From: an uncultured Gemmatimonadales bacterium
Lineage (GTDB): Bacteria; Gemmatimonadota; Gemmatimonadetes; Palauibacterales; Palauibacteraceae
NCBI GenBank assembly: GCA_963783385.1
Contig: CAWANJ010000005.1
Location: 1-37,384 of the forward strand
DNA length: 37,384 nt
Reading direction: 5' to 3'
Shown: positions 18,919-28,830 of the stretch, piece after piece
How positions within the stretch are numbered: position 1 is the first letter of the stretch
How the letters are laid out: every line of letters starts with the position of its first letter
The notes under the pieces: model-generated
Seen by the model: the letters and a program-made list of their open reading frames with translations, nothing else
Databases searched by the model: none
Told to the model about the DNA's origin: nothing
Made by a program: the position numbers and the translations under genes

Positions 18919-20298
18919 GTGAGGTCGGTCAGTCGTGCCCGCAACACCAGCTCTTCGCCGCCGGCCGGATCGCCGGACCGGAGTCGCGTCAGAGGTTGCT
19001 CGACGATCATGGGCGCACTGATCGTGGTCGCGCTCACGTCTTCAGCCGCTGCACAGCAGACTCCGGACGCTCCGAACACCTACCCTATCGTGTCAGAGGT
19101 CCGTCCTCTGGTGGTGACCCCAACGCCCTTTCCCCTCGTCGAGCCGTATCTGGCCGTGAATCCCCGCGACTCCGACGAGCTCCTGGTCTCGGCCATGTCG
19201 ACCTCGGCGGCACAGGCGGTGGTCTACGGCTCGTGGGATGGCGGGGACAGCTGGGAGCAGGTCTCGACCTTTCCCGGCGGACACCCGACGGTGACGTTCG
19301 GCGGGGACGGGCGCGCCTACTTCGCGAGCATCGCACCCGAGATCCACGTGTGGCGATCCGAAAACGAGGGGCGCACGTGGGCGGGGCCCGCGGTCATCGA
19401 TTCCGGGCACGCGGCCGACCGGGAGTGGCTGGCGGCTTCCCCGAACCCGAGTGCCGGGAAGACACCGCTGCTCGTCGCCGCCGCGGAGCACCACACCTCG
19501 GGACAGGGCCCGCCGGTGGTCTTCGTCCTCTCCGTCTCACGGGACGGGGGCGCGACCTTCGAGCCACCGACGTTCTCGCCGCCTGACAGCGGCTATCTCA
19601 ACAGCGTGACCGGCCTGGGGGTCCGAGACGACGGAACGGTCTTGATGCCCTACCTCGTCAACTACGCCCAGGTCTCCCGCAATCCTCCGTTGATTCGGGG
19701 CCGTCGCTGGATCCGGATCTCCAGGGACGGCGGCGAGAGCTGGCCCGAGGTCTATCAGGTCGCCGAGAACCTCCAGTACGGCAACGCGAGCTGGGATCGG
19801 GCCACGAAGGGTTTCGGCGGGGGAGCGCTGGCCGCGGACGAGAGCGACGGGCCGCACCACGGAACGCTGTACCTGACCTGGTCGGCCGTCCTCGACGGAT
19901 ACCTCCAGATCGTCGTGGCCCACTCGACCGACGGCGGGCGAACGTGGGGCGAGCCCATGCGCGTCAACGACGGCGGCTATCGATCGGACCACAGCACCCC
20001 CACGGTAGCGGTGAACCGGGCCGGCGTCGTGGCTGTAACGTGGAACGACCGACGGGACGACCGCCGCCAGCTGTGTTTCCGCCACTTCGTCGCCCTGTCA
20101 GCCGACGGCGGAAGGACCTTCGGCCCGAACCGACCGGTCGCGGATCGGCAAACGTGTCCGGGCGCCGGTTCCCGCTGGCTCAATGGGGGGGACACACAGG
20201 GGTTGATCGCTCTCCCCGACGAGAGCTTTCGCACGGTCTGGAGCGTGGGGCGAGGCCAGAATCTCAGGCTCTGGACGGCTGTGATCCGAACCAGATAG
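18919..20298 (+). CDS. Secreted BNR/Asp-box (sialidase-like) beta-propeller protein
   Basis: Repeated SxDGGxTW (SWDGGDSW, SRDGGATF, SRDGGESW, STDGGRTW, SADGGRTF). Start is GTG 18919 (AGGAG RBS) or ATG 19009. Confidence 0.8.
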   Translation: MRSVSRARNTSSSPPAGSPDRSRVRGCSTIMGALIVVALTSSAAAQQTPDAPNTYPIVSEVRPLVVTPTPFPLVEPYLAVNPRDSDELLVSAMSTSAAQAVVYGSWDGGDSWEQVSTFPGGHPTVTFGGDGRAYFASIAPEIHVWRSENEGRTWAGPAVIDSGHAADREWLAASPNPSAGKTPLLVAAAEHHTSGQGPPVVFVLSVSRDGGATFEPPTFSPPDSGYLNSVTGLGVRDDGTVLMPYLVNYAQVSRNPPLIRGRRWIRISRDGGESWPEVYQVAENLQYGNASWDRATKGFGGGALAADESDGPHHGTLYLTWSAVLDGYLQIVVAHSTDGGRTWGEPMRVNDGGYRSDHSTPTVAVNRAGVVAVTWNDRRDDRRQLCFRHFVALSADGGRTFGPNRPVADRQTCPGAGSRWLNGGDTQGLIALPDESFRTVWSVGRGQNLRLWTAVIRTR

Positions 20299-20551
20299 GG
20301 GGCCCACTCGAGACAGAATGGGCATCAGGGAGGCGGCCTGGCCACAGCGTCGGTCGGGCGCCGGGTGCGCTCCGTGCGCCGAACCGATCACAATCGGCCT
20401 GGACTTCACAGCGAGCGTCAACGCGGACCCCCGCCGGGGGCCAGGCTCGTGAGTCACGGGAGCCGCTTGCACTCCTTCGGTCCGCAAGCGTCGTCCCGTC
20501 CACCGCGGCGGCGAGGGTGAAGAAATCGGCCAGCCGTCTCGTGGTGAGGAC

Positions 20552-20712
20552 GTGAGCGGAGACGAGTGGGACCTCATCCGTACGTGCCGCGATGGCGCTC
20601 CGGCGGCGTTCGAACCTCTCGTGCGCCGTCACGAGGCCCGGGCCCTGGCCTACGCCGGGTCGTCTGTGGGCGAGGAAGCCGAGGACGCGGTGCAAGAGGC
20701 TTTCGTCCGGAG
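20552..20712 (+). pseudogene. ECF sigma factor N-terminal (region 1.2/2) fragment
   Basis: GAGGA RBS; DLIRTCRDG..AAFEPLVRRHE..A...EEAEDAVQEAFVR, then abrupt loss of similarity. Confidence 0.7.
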
Positions 20713-20820
20713 TGGTCGGCGGTCTCCGCCGTCGCCGTGGGCATCGGCCTCCTGGTGGCCGCCATCGGCTATGAACAATACCACGAATGGAAGCGTTCAC
20801 CCTACAGGGACGTGAAGCGA
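20710..20820 (+). pseudogene. C-terminal fragment of a membrane protein (probable anti-sigma of the ECF operon)
   Basis: AVAVGIGLLVAAIGYEQYHEWKRSPYRDVKR: a TM helix plus charged tail, lying between the sigma and YbjQ fragments. Confidence 0.4.
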
Positions 20821-20996
20821 CGATCGTCACGACGACGGGAGAAATGCCTGGCCGACGGATCGTGGCCGTCCACGGGCTGGTCCAGGGAAACGTGGTCCGA
20901 GCCCGGCACCTGGGACGGGACATCGACGCGGCCAATCGGAACCTCGTAGGAGGCGAGATCCTCCGCTACGGGACCGCCGTGACAACAGAACCCTGA
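20820..20996 (+). pseudogene. YbjQ/UPF0145 family remnant; start codon ATG>ACG and central deletion
   Basis: IVTTTGEMPGRRIV..HGLVQGNVVRARHLGRDI...RNLVGGEI joined directly to the C-terminal YGTAV. Confidence 0.75.
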
Positions 20997-21010
20997 GCCT
21001 GGAGAGGACT

Positions 21011-22015
21011 ATGACGGGAGCATCCGTGGCCAGACCTGCAACCCTGGCGGCAACGGCCCTCATGTGCTGCGCCTGGCCGCTCGTGGCGCAGGGATCCCGA
21101 GCGGGCACAGCCCCCAGGAAGCTGCCTGCGGTCTTCCGGGAGCACCGCATGTTCGTCCGGCCCGTGACCCGGGACGGCGACACCCTGACGTTCTACCTGG
21201 ACACGGGCGGGGGAAGCGACATGTTGTTCGCGTCCGCGGCCGAGCGCCTGGGCCTCCAGACCGACTCGGCCCGGGTGGGCGGCCAGGACATGGTGTTTTC
21301 CGACTGGCCACAGTGGCGGGCGGACGCGTCCATACCTCCGGCCTCCGACAGCGCCGGCCCGTCGGCCGGTCGCCTGCTCGTCGTTCCCTTCGGCGGACAG
21401 CTGGCGGCCCTCATGGACTCCACAGACGCCGGGTTCCTGGGCGGGAAATGGTTCGCCGGCCGCACCTGGACCCTGGACTATTCGGCCGGCGAGCTGTGGC
21501 TCCGCGCCCCGGGGGACCTCCCGCCCCACCAGCCCGAGCACGAGGTCACGCTCGGCTTCCAGGTCGATTCGGCCGGCCGCCGCACGACGCACTTCGCGCG
21601 CATCAATGCCGTGATCGACGGCGACTCGCTCGACTTCCTGTTCGACGCCGGGGCCACGACGATCCTGACCGACAGCGCGCTCCAGGTCCTGGCCGATGGC
21701 CGGCCCGCTCGCCGGGCGGCGAGCTTCCTGTCGGCGGCCGTCTTCGACAGCCTCCGCGCGCGGCATCCGGACTGGCGAACCGTGAAGCACGGGAGCAGCT
21801 TCGGCATGGACTTCCTCGAGGTACCCGCCGTCGAGATCGCGGGCTGGCGAGTCGGGCCCGTGTGGTTCGAACGACGGCCCATCGGCGCCTTCGAGCGCTA
21901 CATGTCCAGCATGATGGATCGGCCGGTCGTAGGCGCGCTGGGCGGCGAGGCCTTCCGGTTCTTTCGCATCACGATCGACTATCCCAATGCCATCGCCGTG
22001 TTCGAGCGTCCCTGA
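21011..22015 (+). CDS. Secreted tandem retropepsin-like aspartyl protease domain protein
   Basis: GAGGA RBS and signal peptide; FYLDTGGG ... GFLG and FLFDAGATT ... GALGG ... ITIDY. Confidence 0.7.
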   Translation: MTGASVARPATLAATALMCCAWPLVAQGSRAGTAPRKLPAVFREHRMFVRPVTRDGDTLTFYLDTGGGSDMLFASAAERLGLQTDSARVGGQDMVFSDWPQWRADASIPPASDSAGPSAGRLLVVPFGGQLAALMDSTDAGFLGGKWFAGRTWTLDYSAGELWLRAPGDLPPHQPEHEVTLGFQVDSAGRRTTHFARINAVIDGDSLDFLFDAGATTILTDSALQVLADGRPARRAASFLSAAVFDSLRARHPDWRTVKHGSSFGMDFLEVPAVEIAGWRVGPVWFERRPIGAFERYMSSMMDRPVVGALGGEAFRFFRITIDYPNAIAVFERP

Positions 22016-22102
22016 CCGGGCCAGAGTCGTCGTATCCAGGTGCCCGAGCTCTACGACTCGCCCTGGTTGAGACCGGGCAGACGAGGCGCAGCACGCGAGA
22101 CC

Positions 22103-22711
22103 TCAGTGGGCGTGGATCACGATGCTCAGGGACTCCCGAAACGCGGCCAGGAACAACAGCGCAACGGCCGACGCGACCGTGACAACCTCGCACCGGAGCA
22201 GGCGAACGTCGGACCACGATCGTACCCTCTCGGACCTCAGGGACCAGATCGATCGCTGACGAAACATATACAGGTTGATGGTCGCGGCGGCGATGAAGGT
22301 ATACGCGCTGATCTCAATGAAGCCGACCGAGGGAACGAGATGCGCGAGCGACGGCGTCGCACGCACACCCCTCGAGATGCCGAAGGAATCCGTACCGAGG
22401 AACAACCCGTACAGCGACCAGTGAAACAGGACGGGCAGGTATCCGAGCGGGATGTCCTTCACTCGAAAGAGGTTGGCGACCACGATGAGGCCGGACGCGA
22501 GGCCCACATTGTACACCAGAATCGTCAGGAGGGTATGGAGGACACCGGCGTGACCCGGAATGAAGAACCCGGCTGGCAGCACGTTCTTCAGGGCGGCCGT
22601 CGGCAGGAATCGATAGCCGATCTCCCACGCGACCAGGTTCACGATTACTCCGAGGGCCCACAGCGAGAACACTCGAGTGGAGACGCGACGGTGGGTCAGC
22701 AACGCTTTCAT
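22103..22711 (-). CDS. Hypothetical multi-pass membrane protein, lower GC
   Basis: 202 aa with about 5 hydrophobic segments, purine-rich RBS region, codon style differing from neighbours. Confidence 0.7.
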   Translation of the reverse strand: MKALLTHRRVSTRVFSLWALGVIVNLVAWEIGYRFLPTAALKNVLPAGFFIPGHAGVLHTLLTILVYNVGLASGLIVVANLFRVKDIPLGYLPVLFHWSLYGLFLGTDSFGISRGVRATPSLAHLVPSVGFIEISAYTFIAAATINLYMFRQRSIWSLRSERVRSWSDVRLLRCEVVTVASAVALLFLAAFRESLSIVIHAH

Positions 22712-22734
22712 CTCTTCCCCTCTCTGCTGCCCCG

Positions 22735-23319
22735 CTGGGGCGGGCTGTCCAGTGCGTGCCTACGAACATATGGACGGGGATGGCCAGGCTCATGCTGTCG
22801 GCCGCAAGATCCGGGTGGACGTCGTAGCACATGCGCGGTCCCACGCAGGCCGGTCCCCTGGGGACTCTGAGCGCGTCGGCCAGTGTGTACTCCGGGGCCA
22901 ACAGGCCCGTCCACAGTATCGGGAAGTAGCTCGAGTGTCCCCACAGCCCCCCGCCGTAGCGGAACAACTCGTCTTCGGTCGGACGCCGGACCCCGCGCCC
23001 GATCGAGTCCGCCAGGGCCGTCTCTCCGACCGCCAGGGCACGTGCGGCCACCGCCCGACGCGGACATGCCGGGGCCGCCGTGCAGGAACAGGAGCACCGA
23101 ATTCCGACGATTCCATCCGCAGATCAGGATCCACTGGGCGGCTCCGCCCAGATCGACGCGATCGAGCTCCGCGACGCTGTTCCGAACCGGGCGACCGGCG
23201 GAGTCCACGATGGCGGGCGTCCTGCCCCGAGTGAGGACGAATTCATAGGTGATCCACAGGGCGGTGGCGGCGACGACCAACCCCGTCCGCAGGAGGATCT
23301 TCTTCAACAGGACCCGCAT
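22735..23319 (-). pseudogene. Alpha/beta hydrolase (proline iminopeptidase-like) remnant with deletions
   Basis: MRVLLKK..TM..RTPAIVD..NSVAEL..V.LGG..QWILI..VLLFLHGGPGMS jumps to LFRYGG..APEYTL.D..IPVHMFVG. The nucleophile elbow and catalytic His are absent. Confidence 0.7.
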
Positions 23320-23528
23320 GCCTGGCTCCCGGAAGGTGACTCGACTCCCCCAGCGATCAAGGAATGGCGGCTCGGCGCAGTTCCTGGCTCCGCCGGGAGG
23401 GGCCGCAGCCGGGCCCGCGGAACGTGATTGACACGCGCTGCTTCCGGCTGGCCGTGCATACCGGTACGCGGCGCTTCGGCGCGCCAGTGCCTCGTCCGGC
23501 GTACGCCAGACGCCGCTCGTCGACCGAT

Positions 23529-23556
23529 CGCAACCACCCGACGGGCAATGCCGTAC
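23529..23556 (+). promoter_or_regulatory. ECF-sigma-type promoter CGCAACC-N16-CGTAC
   Basis: Same architecture as the other copies; 51 nt upstream of ATG 23608. Confidence 0.5.
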
Positions 23557-23607
23557 GGCGGCATGTCGACATGCACCGCTGGCACTCGCAAGGGTGAGGA
23601 AACACTC

Positions 23608-25080
23608 ATGCCACGTCTCCACCATGCCGGAGGCCTCCTGTCCGTGCTCGCCATCGCGAGCGCAGGCTGGGCCTGCGGGGCGCGGCCGTCGGGGACCCGG
23701 GCACTGACGTGGTCGCCGTACGCGTTCGTGACGGAATCGGGCGACACCGTGGCGGCCGAGTCCGCCCGCCTCCAGGTCCCCGAGAGCCGGAGCGATTCCG
23801 GCGGGAGAACCGTGACTCTCCAGGTGATCCGGCTCCCCGGTTCCGGCCAGGTCCGGCGGCCCCCCGTGGTGTATCTGGCGGGAGGGCCGGGCGGCTCGGC
23901 GATCGAGACGGCGCGGGGAGCCCGGTGGCCCCTGTTCGACGCGCTGAGGCGCGCCCGCGACGTGATCCTCATGGACCAGCGCGGCACCCACGGATCCGAC
24001 CCATATCTCCTGTGCCCGTCCCCTCCCGACCTGCCTCTCTCGACGACCGGAACCCGCCGCGACCTCCTGCGGGGGTGGGAGGACTGGTCCCGGACCTGCG
24101 TCGCGGCCCTCGAGTCCAGGGGCATCGACCTGGCGGCCTACGACACCAGGTCCGCGGCCCGGGACCTGGATGCGCTCCGGCGGGGGCTGGCCGCACCGCG
24201 AATATCGCTGGTGGCCATCAGCTACGGCACCCAGCTGGCGCAGGCTTACGCGCGCAGGTACCCGCGGCACGTTGCGCGAATCGTCCTTGCGGGGCCGGAA
24301 CCGCTGTCCGCCACCCTGAAACCGGTCCCGCAGACAGAGGCGCAGCTGGCCCGGCTGGACAGCGCGGTCCAGGCGGACCCGAACGCTGCGGCTCGGGTCG
24401 GAGACTTCACGGCGCTCGTCCGCTCCGTTCTGAATCGACTGGAGCGAGAGCCGGCCGCCGTACCGGTCGTGGATCCCGTCTCCGGCGATTCGACCACGCT
24501 GACCATCGGCGCGTACGACGTGCGGTTTCTCACGGCCTTCGGCCTCGGCGACAGACGCCTGATGCTGGGACTCCCGGCCCTGTACCTGGCCATGCGTGCG
24601 GGCGACTTCTCGCGGGTGGCGCCCCTGGTGCTCCGCCTGCGGCGCTACAATACCACCGCGATGGCGGCCACCACCGACTGCGCGACCGGATGGAGCGCGG
24701 CCGATTCCGCGTCGATCGCCCGGGCGGCACCCGACGCCCTCCTCGAGGACGCCGCGAACTTCCCGTACCCGGACATCTGCTCGTCGTGGCCCCACCGCGA
24801 CCTGGGACCGAGCTTCAGAGCAGACTTTCGCTCCGACGCCAGCGTTCTCTTCGTGGCCGGGACGATGGATGGCCGAACTCCGCCGTCCAACGTCGATGTC
24901 CTCGCGTCGGAGTTTCCCGACCACCGCCGTCTCATCATACGGGGCGGGAGCCACGACGACGACCTGTTCCTGTCCTCGCCGGACATCATCCCGGCCATCG
25001 TTCGCTTCGTGCGCTCCGGAGCCGCGCCGCCTCGGGCGGTGATCGCCCTTCCGCCCTGGCGGTTTCCCCTGGGCGGGTGA
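23608..25080 (+). CDS. Secreted alpha/beta hydrolase (S33/TAP-like peptidase)
   Basis: GAGGA RBS and signal peptide; YLAGGPGGS, DQRGT, AISYGT (nucleophile), GTMDGRTP, GGSHD. Confidence 0.88.
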   Translation: MPRLHHAGGLLSVLAIASAGWACGARPSGTRALTWSPYAFVTESGDTVAAESARLQVPESRSDSGGRTVTLQVIRLPGSGQVRRPPVVYLAGGPGGSAIETARGARWPLFDALRRARDVILMDQRGTHGSDPYLLCPSPPDLPLSTTGTRRDLLRGWEDWSRTCVAALESRGIDLAAYDTRSAARDLDALRRGLAAPRISLVAISYGTQLAQAYARRYPRHVARIVLAGPEPLSATLKPVPQTEAQLARLDSAVQADPNAAARVGDFTALVRSVLNRLEREPAAVPVVDPVSGDSTTLTIGAYDVRFLTAFGLGDRRLMLGLPALYLAMRAGDFSRVAPLVLRLRRYNTTAMAATTDCATGWSAADSASIARAAPDALLEDAANFPYPDICSSWPHRDLGPSFRADFRSDASVLFVAGTMDGRTPPSNVDVLASEFPDHRRLIIRGGSHDDDLFLSSPDIIPAIVRFVRSGAAPPRAVIALPPWRFPLGG

Positions 25081-25222
25081 GGGCGAGGCAGCTTTGGGGA
25101 ACGGGACCTCTCCAGCGGCGACCGCTTCACCGGGACAGATCCCGCGTCGACCGAGCCGGAGCGGACCCGCCGTTCACCCAGCGATCTCGACCTGTCCGTC
25201 CCGCACGTCTGCCGTCCGTCCC

Positions 25223-25390
25223 ACGAGCGAGTACGACTAGCGGGTTACGTTGGTGGACGTCTCCGGCGACGCGGTCGTGGCCCGAACGGACCTCATGTGG
25301 CCCGGGTCCCACTCTGTCGATTGCCTGTCGCCGCTGCGAATCGGGAGTGCGTGGCAGATCATGGACAGGATCTGGTTCGAGGAGCAGAGT
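25223..25390 (+). pseudogene. NTF2-like (lumazine-binding type) C-terminal remnant
   Basis: YD*RVTLVDVSGDAVVARTDLMWPG...VDCLSPLRIGSAWQIMDRIW, with an in-frame TAG at 25238-25240 and no N-terminus. Confidence 0.55.
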
Positions 25391-25699
25391 GCGCGAGCCA
25401 TGGCCAGCCTCGACCCGCGTCCCCTGAGGGAACGAGAACTCGGGTCGGTGTCCCCCGGCCGGGAAGAAGCCGTTCGAATCCCGGGGCACCACCGCAGTTC
25501 GCGCCGGATGCGACCTGCCCCTGGCTCGCATTCCCAGCTCCACGTGGGACGGAGGGACGGCGCCTCCCCCGAAAGTGGGTGCGGAGACCCGCGAACTCGT
25601 GCCAGGATGGCGCCTTGACACGTTCCGACCACGTGGCCCCGTGGAAGCGGCGCTCGTGTTCCCCGCCCCGGAGGGCTGCGCCCTCTTCGTCGTGGCGGC

Positions 25700-25862
25700 G
25701 CTCAACGCGCGGGAGCTCGGCGGGGGCCGCTTCGCGCAGGGGCTCGCCGCCCGCACCCGGAGCGCCTGGTCCGTCCCGGAGGAGCGCGACGTGCCCGTGT
25801 GGATCAGGCGCGATCCGAGGATCACCATGCAAGAGGCGTGGCCGACCGTCCGGGGAAAGTGA
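25700..25862 (+). pseudogene. Possible C-terminal remnant of a GT39/ArnT-like glycosyltransferase
   Basis: Ends VPEERDVPVWIRRDPRITMQEAWPTVR, resembling the C-termini of this family as I recall them. Confidence 0.3.
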
Positions 25863-26018
25863 GGCGGCGCGCCCGCTCGCAACCGGCCGGCACCACCGCC
25901 GCTTGCGCCCCGTCGGCCGGCGCTCCTAACGTGGCGCCGTCCTCGATCCCTCGCTGGTACGAACGTCCCGGACATGGGGAGGCTACGCGCCGACCATGAT
26001 GCTCGCCGTGTCTCCGCG

Positions 26019-28741
26019 GTGACGGACGCGTTCACGCGCCTGGCCGCCGCCCTCGAGGGCCGCTACCGCCTCGAGCGCGAGCTCGGCGAGGGCGGCATGG
26101 CCACGGTCTACCTGGCCGAGGACCTGAAGCACGACCGCCGGGTCGCCCTCAAGGTCCTCAAGCCCGAGCTGGCCGCCGTGGTGGGCGGCGAGCGCTTCCT
26201 GGCCGAGATCCGCACCACCGCCAACCTGCAGCACCCGGGCATCCTCCCGCTGTTCGACTCGGGCGACGCCGACTCGTTCCTCTACTACGTCATGCCGTAC
26301 GTGGAGGGAGAGTCGCTGCGGGGGAAGCTCGACCGCGAGCACCAGCTTCCAGTGGACGAGGCGGTGAAGATCGCCACCGACGTGGCCGAAGCGCTCGAGT
26401 ACGCGCACGAGCACGGCGTGGTCCACCGGGACGTGAAGCCGGCGAACATTCTGCTGGTGGCGGGCCGGCCGGTGCTCTCGGACTTCGGGATCGCGCTGGC
26501 GGTGGGCGCGGCGGGCGGCGGGCGGCTGACGGAGACGGGGCTCTCCCTGGGGACCCCGCACTACATGAGCCCGGAGCAGGCGACGGGCGACGCGCACGTG
26601 GGCCCGGCCACGGACCTCTACGCGCTGGGGTGCGTGCTGTACGAGATGCTCACCGGCGAGCCGCCGCACACGGGGAGCACGGCGCAGGCGGTGCTGGGCA
26701 AGATCATCACGGAGCCGCCCGCGTCGGTGAGGGAGCAGCGGCGCTCCGTTCCGGCCAACGTGGACGCCGCGATCCGGAGGGCGCTCGAGAAGGTGCCGGC
26801 GGACCGCTTCCGGAGCGCGGGAGAGTTCGCCAGGGCGCTGGCCGATCCGGGCTTCCGGCACGGAGCCGGGGCCGGGGCGGTCGGGGCGGGCTCCCGGTGG
26901 AAGCGCCTCGCCGTGGGATCGATCGCCCTGGCCGGGGTGCTGGCGATCGTGGCCGGCGGCCTGGCCTGGGCGCTCCTGCGGCCGGCCGCGCCCGTGCCGG
27001 TGACTCGCTACGCGCTGGCCTTCCCTCCCGGCCAGCAGCCGGTCGACCCGGGGCGTCCCTCGATGGCCCTGGCCCCCGATGGCTCGTCGATCGTGTACGT
27101 CGGGCCCGGACCCGGCTCCAGCGGACAGCGGCTGTGGGTGAAGCGCCGCGACCAGGTCGAGCCGACCGCGCTCGCGGGCACCGACGGGGCCGTCGCGCCC
27201 TCCTTCTCGCCGGACGGGCAGTGGGTCCTGTACATGGCTCCCCGTAGCGGCGGCCCCCAGCTCCGCAAGATACGCGATCATGGGAGGCACCTCGATCGCC
27301 CTCGCCGACTCCACGAGCGGTGTGTCGACCGGGGCCGCCTGGCTGGCCGATGGGACGATCGTCTACGCGGACTCGAAGTGGCGCCTGCGCCGGATCCCGG
27401 CCGGCGGCGGCACGGCCGACTCCGTGTGGGCGCCGCCGATGGGGCGCTACGACATCTTCCCCCGGGCGCTGCCCGACTCCAGGGGCGTGCTGTTCACGGT
27501 CTGCGACTTCAACTGTCAGCACGTCCAGGACATCTGGGCGCTCGACCTCCACTCGGGGAAGGCGCACCGGGTGGTGAGCGGCGCCGTCCTGGCGGACTAC
27601 ACGTCCCTCGGCCAGCTCGTGTACGTCCGGACGGACGGGAGCGTGCTCGCGGCCCCCTTCGACCTGAAGTCGCTCGAGACGACCGGCCCCGCCGTCCCGC
27701 TCCTCCAGGGCGTGAAGGTGGACGGGGGCGCGTTCGCGAAGTTCGCGCTCTCGCGCAGCGGGACGCTCCTCATGATGAGCGGCGCGGCCGGCTCGAGCCT
27801 GGACCAGTTCGTCTGGGTCACGCGCACGGGCGCGGCCACCCCCGTGGACTCCTCGTGGACGTTCGATCACGGCGGCGAAAACGGGCAATGGACCCTGTCC
27901 CCCGACGGCCAGCGGTTCGCCGCCGTGATCCACACCGCCGCCGGCGAGAACATCTGGATCAAGCAGCTGCCGCACGGCCCGCTCTCGCGCCTCACCTTCG
28001 ACTCGGCGGACGACTACTGGCCGCACTGGTCGCCCGACGGACGCTCGGTGACCTTCGCCTCGACGCGGCCCGTGCACGATACCACGCGGATGCGGGCGTG
28101 GACCAAGCGCGCCGATGGCGTCGGGGAGGCGTCGCTCCTGTACGCGTCCTCGAGACGAGCCAGCCCAGGTCTCCTGGTCCCCGGACGGCAAGTGGCTCGT
28201 GCTGCGCACCGCCGGGACGCCGGCCGCCCGCGGAGGCCGCAGCATCCTCCTGGCGCGCCCCGGAGAGGACACCGCCAGGGCTCTCATCACGGCGGGGGCC
28301 GACTACGACGTGGTGGACCCCCAGGTGTCCCCGGACTCGCGCTGGATCGCCTACGTCTCCAGCGAAACCGGACAGGAGAACGTGTTCGTGCGGCCCTTCC
28401 CCGACGTGAACCAGGGCAAGTGGCAGATCTCGACCGACGGAGGAAGCGGCCCGCTGTGGGCGCACAGCGGCCGCGAGCTCTTCTACGTCGACGCCAACAC
28501 CGACGTGGTCGACGTGGACGTCCGGACGAAGCCGACGTTCAGCCCGGGGACGGGCAAGGTCCTCTTCCACCTGGACCCGGCCCGGTTCGTGATCCCGAAC
28601 TGGTGCTGCCAGTGGGACATCGCGCCCGGCGACCAGCGCTTCCTCATGGCCCGTCTGGTGGGGAGCGGGGGCAGCGCCGACCAGCAGCTCATCCTGGTGC
28701 AGAACTGGCTCGAGGAGGTGAAGGCGAAGATGAAGGACTGA
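26019..28741 (+). CDS. Hanks-type Ser/Thr protein kinase with TM helix and extracellular TolB/PD40 propeller; frameshifts near 27272 and 28155
   Basis: LGEGGMATVY, VALK, HRDVKPANIL, DFG, GTPHYMSPEQ; then SPDG repeats and C-terminal LILVQNWLEEVK. Confidence 0.9.
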
Positions 28742-28764
28742 GGCGTCGGGCCGCCGTTCCCGCG

Positions 28765-28793
28765 TTGACGGCGGCGCGCGGTCGGCGTACGGT
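28765..28793 (+). promoter_or_regulatory. Sigma70-type promoter TTGACG-N17-TACGGT
   Basis: Canonical spacing, upstream of an AGGAG RBS and ATG 28831. Confidence 0.55.
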
Positions 28794-28830
28794 TTGCCCG
28801 CTCTCAGCCCCCACAGCCGCAGGAGCCGTC

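Noticed and set aside
22010-22072. Imperfect hairpin after the aspartyl protease as an integron attC site, and the hydrolase stretch as a cassette array
   Set aside because: No proper RYYYAAC box, no similar sites after other genes and no integrase; more likely a terminator-like structure between convergent genes.
1660-28165. Programmed frameshifting or pseudogenisation of S9, PAL, permease 1 and the kinase
   Set aside because: No slippery heptamers were noticed, both sides of each shift are well conserved, and rph shows the same lesions, so sequencing indels are more likely.
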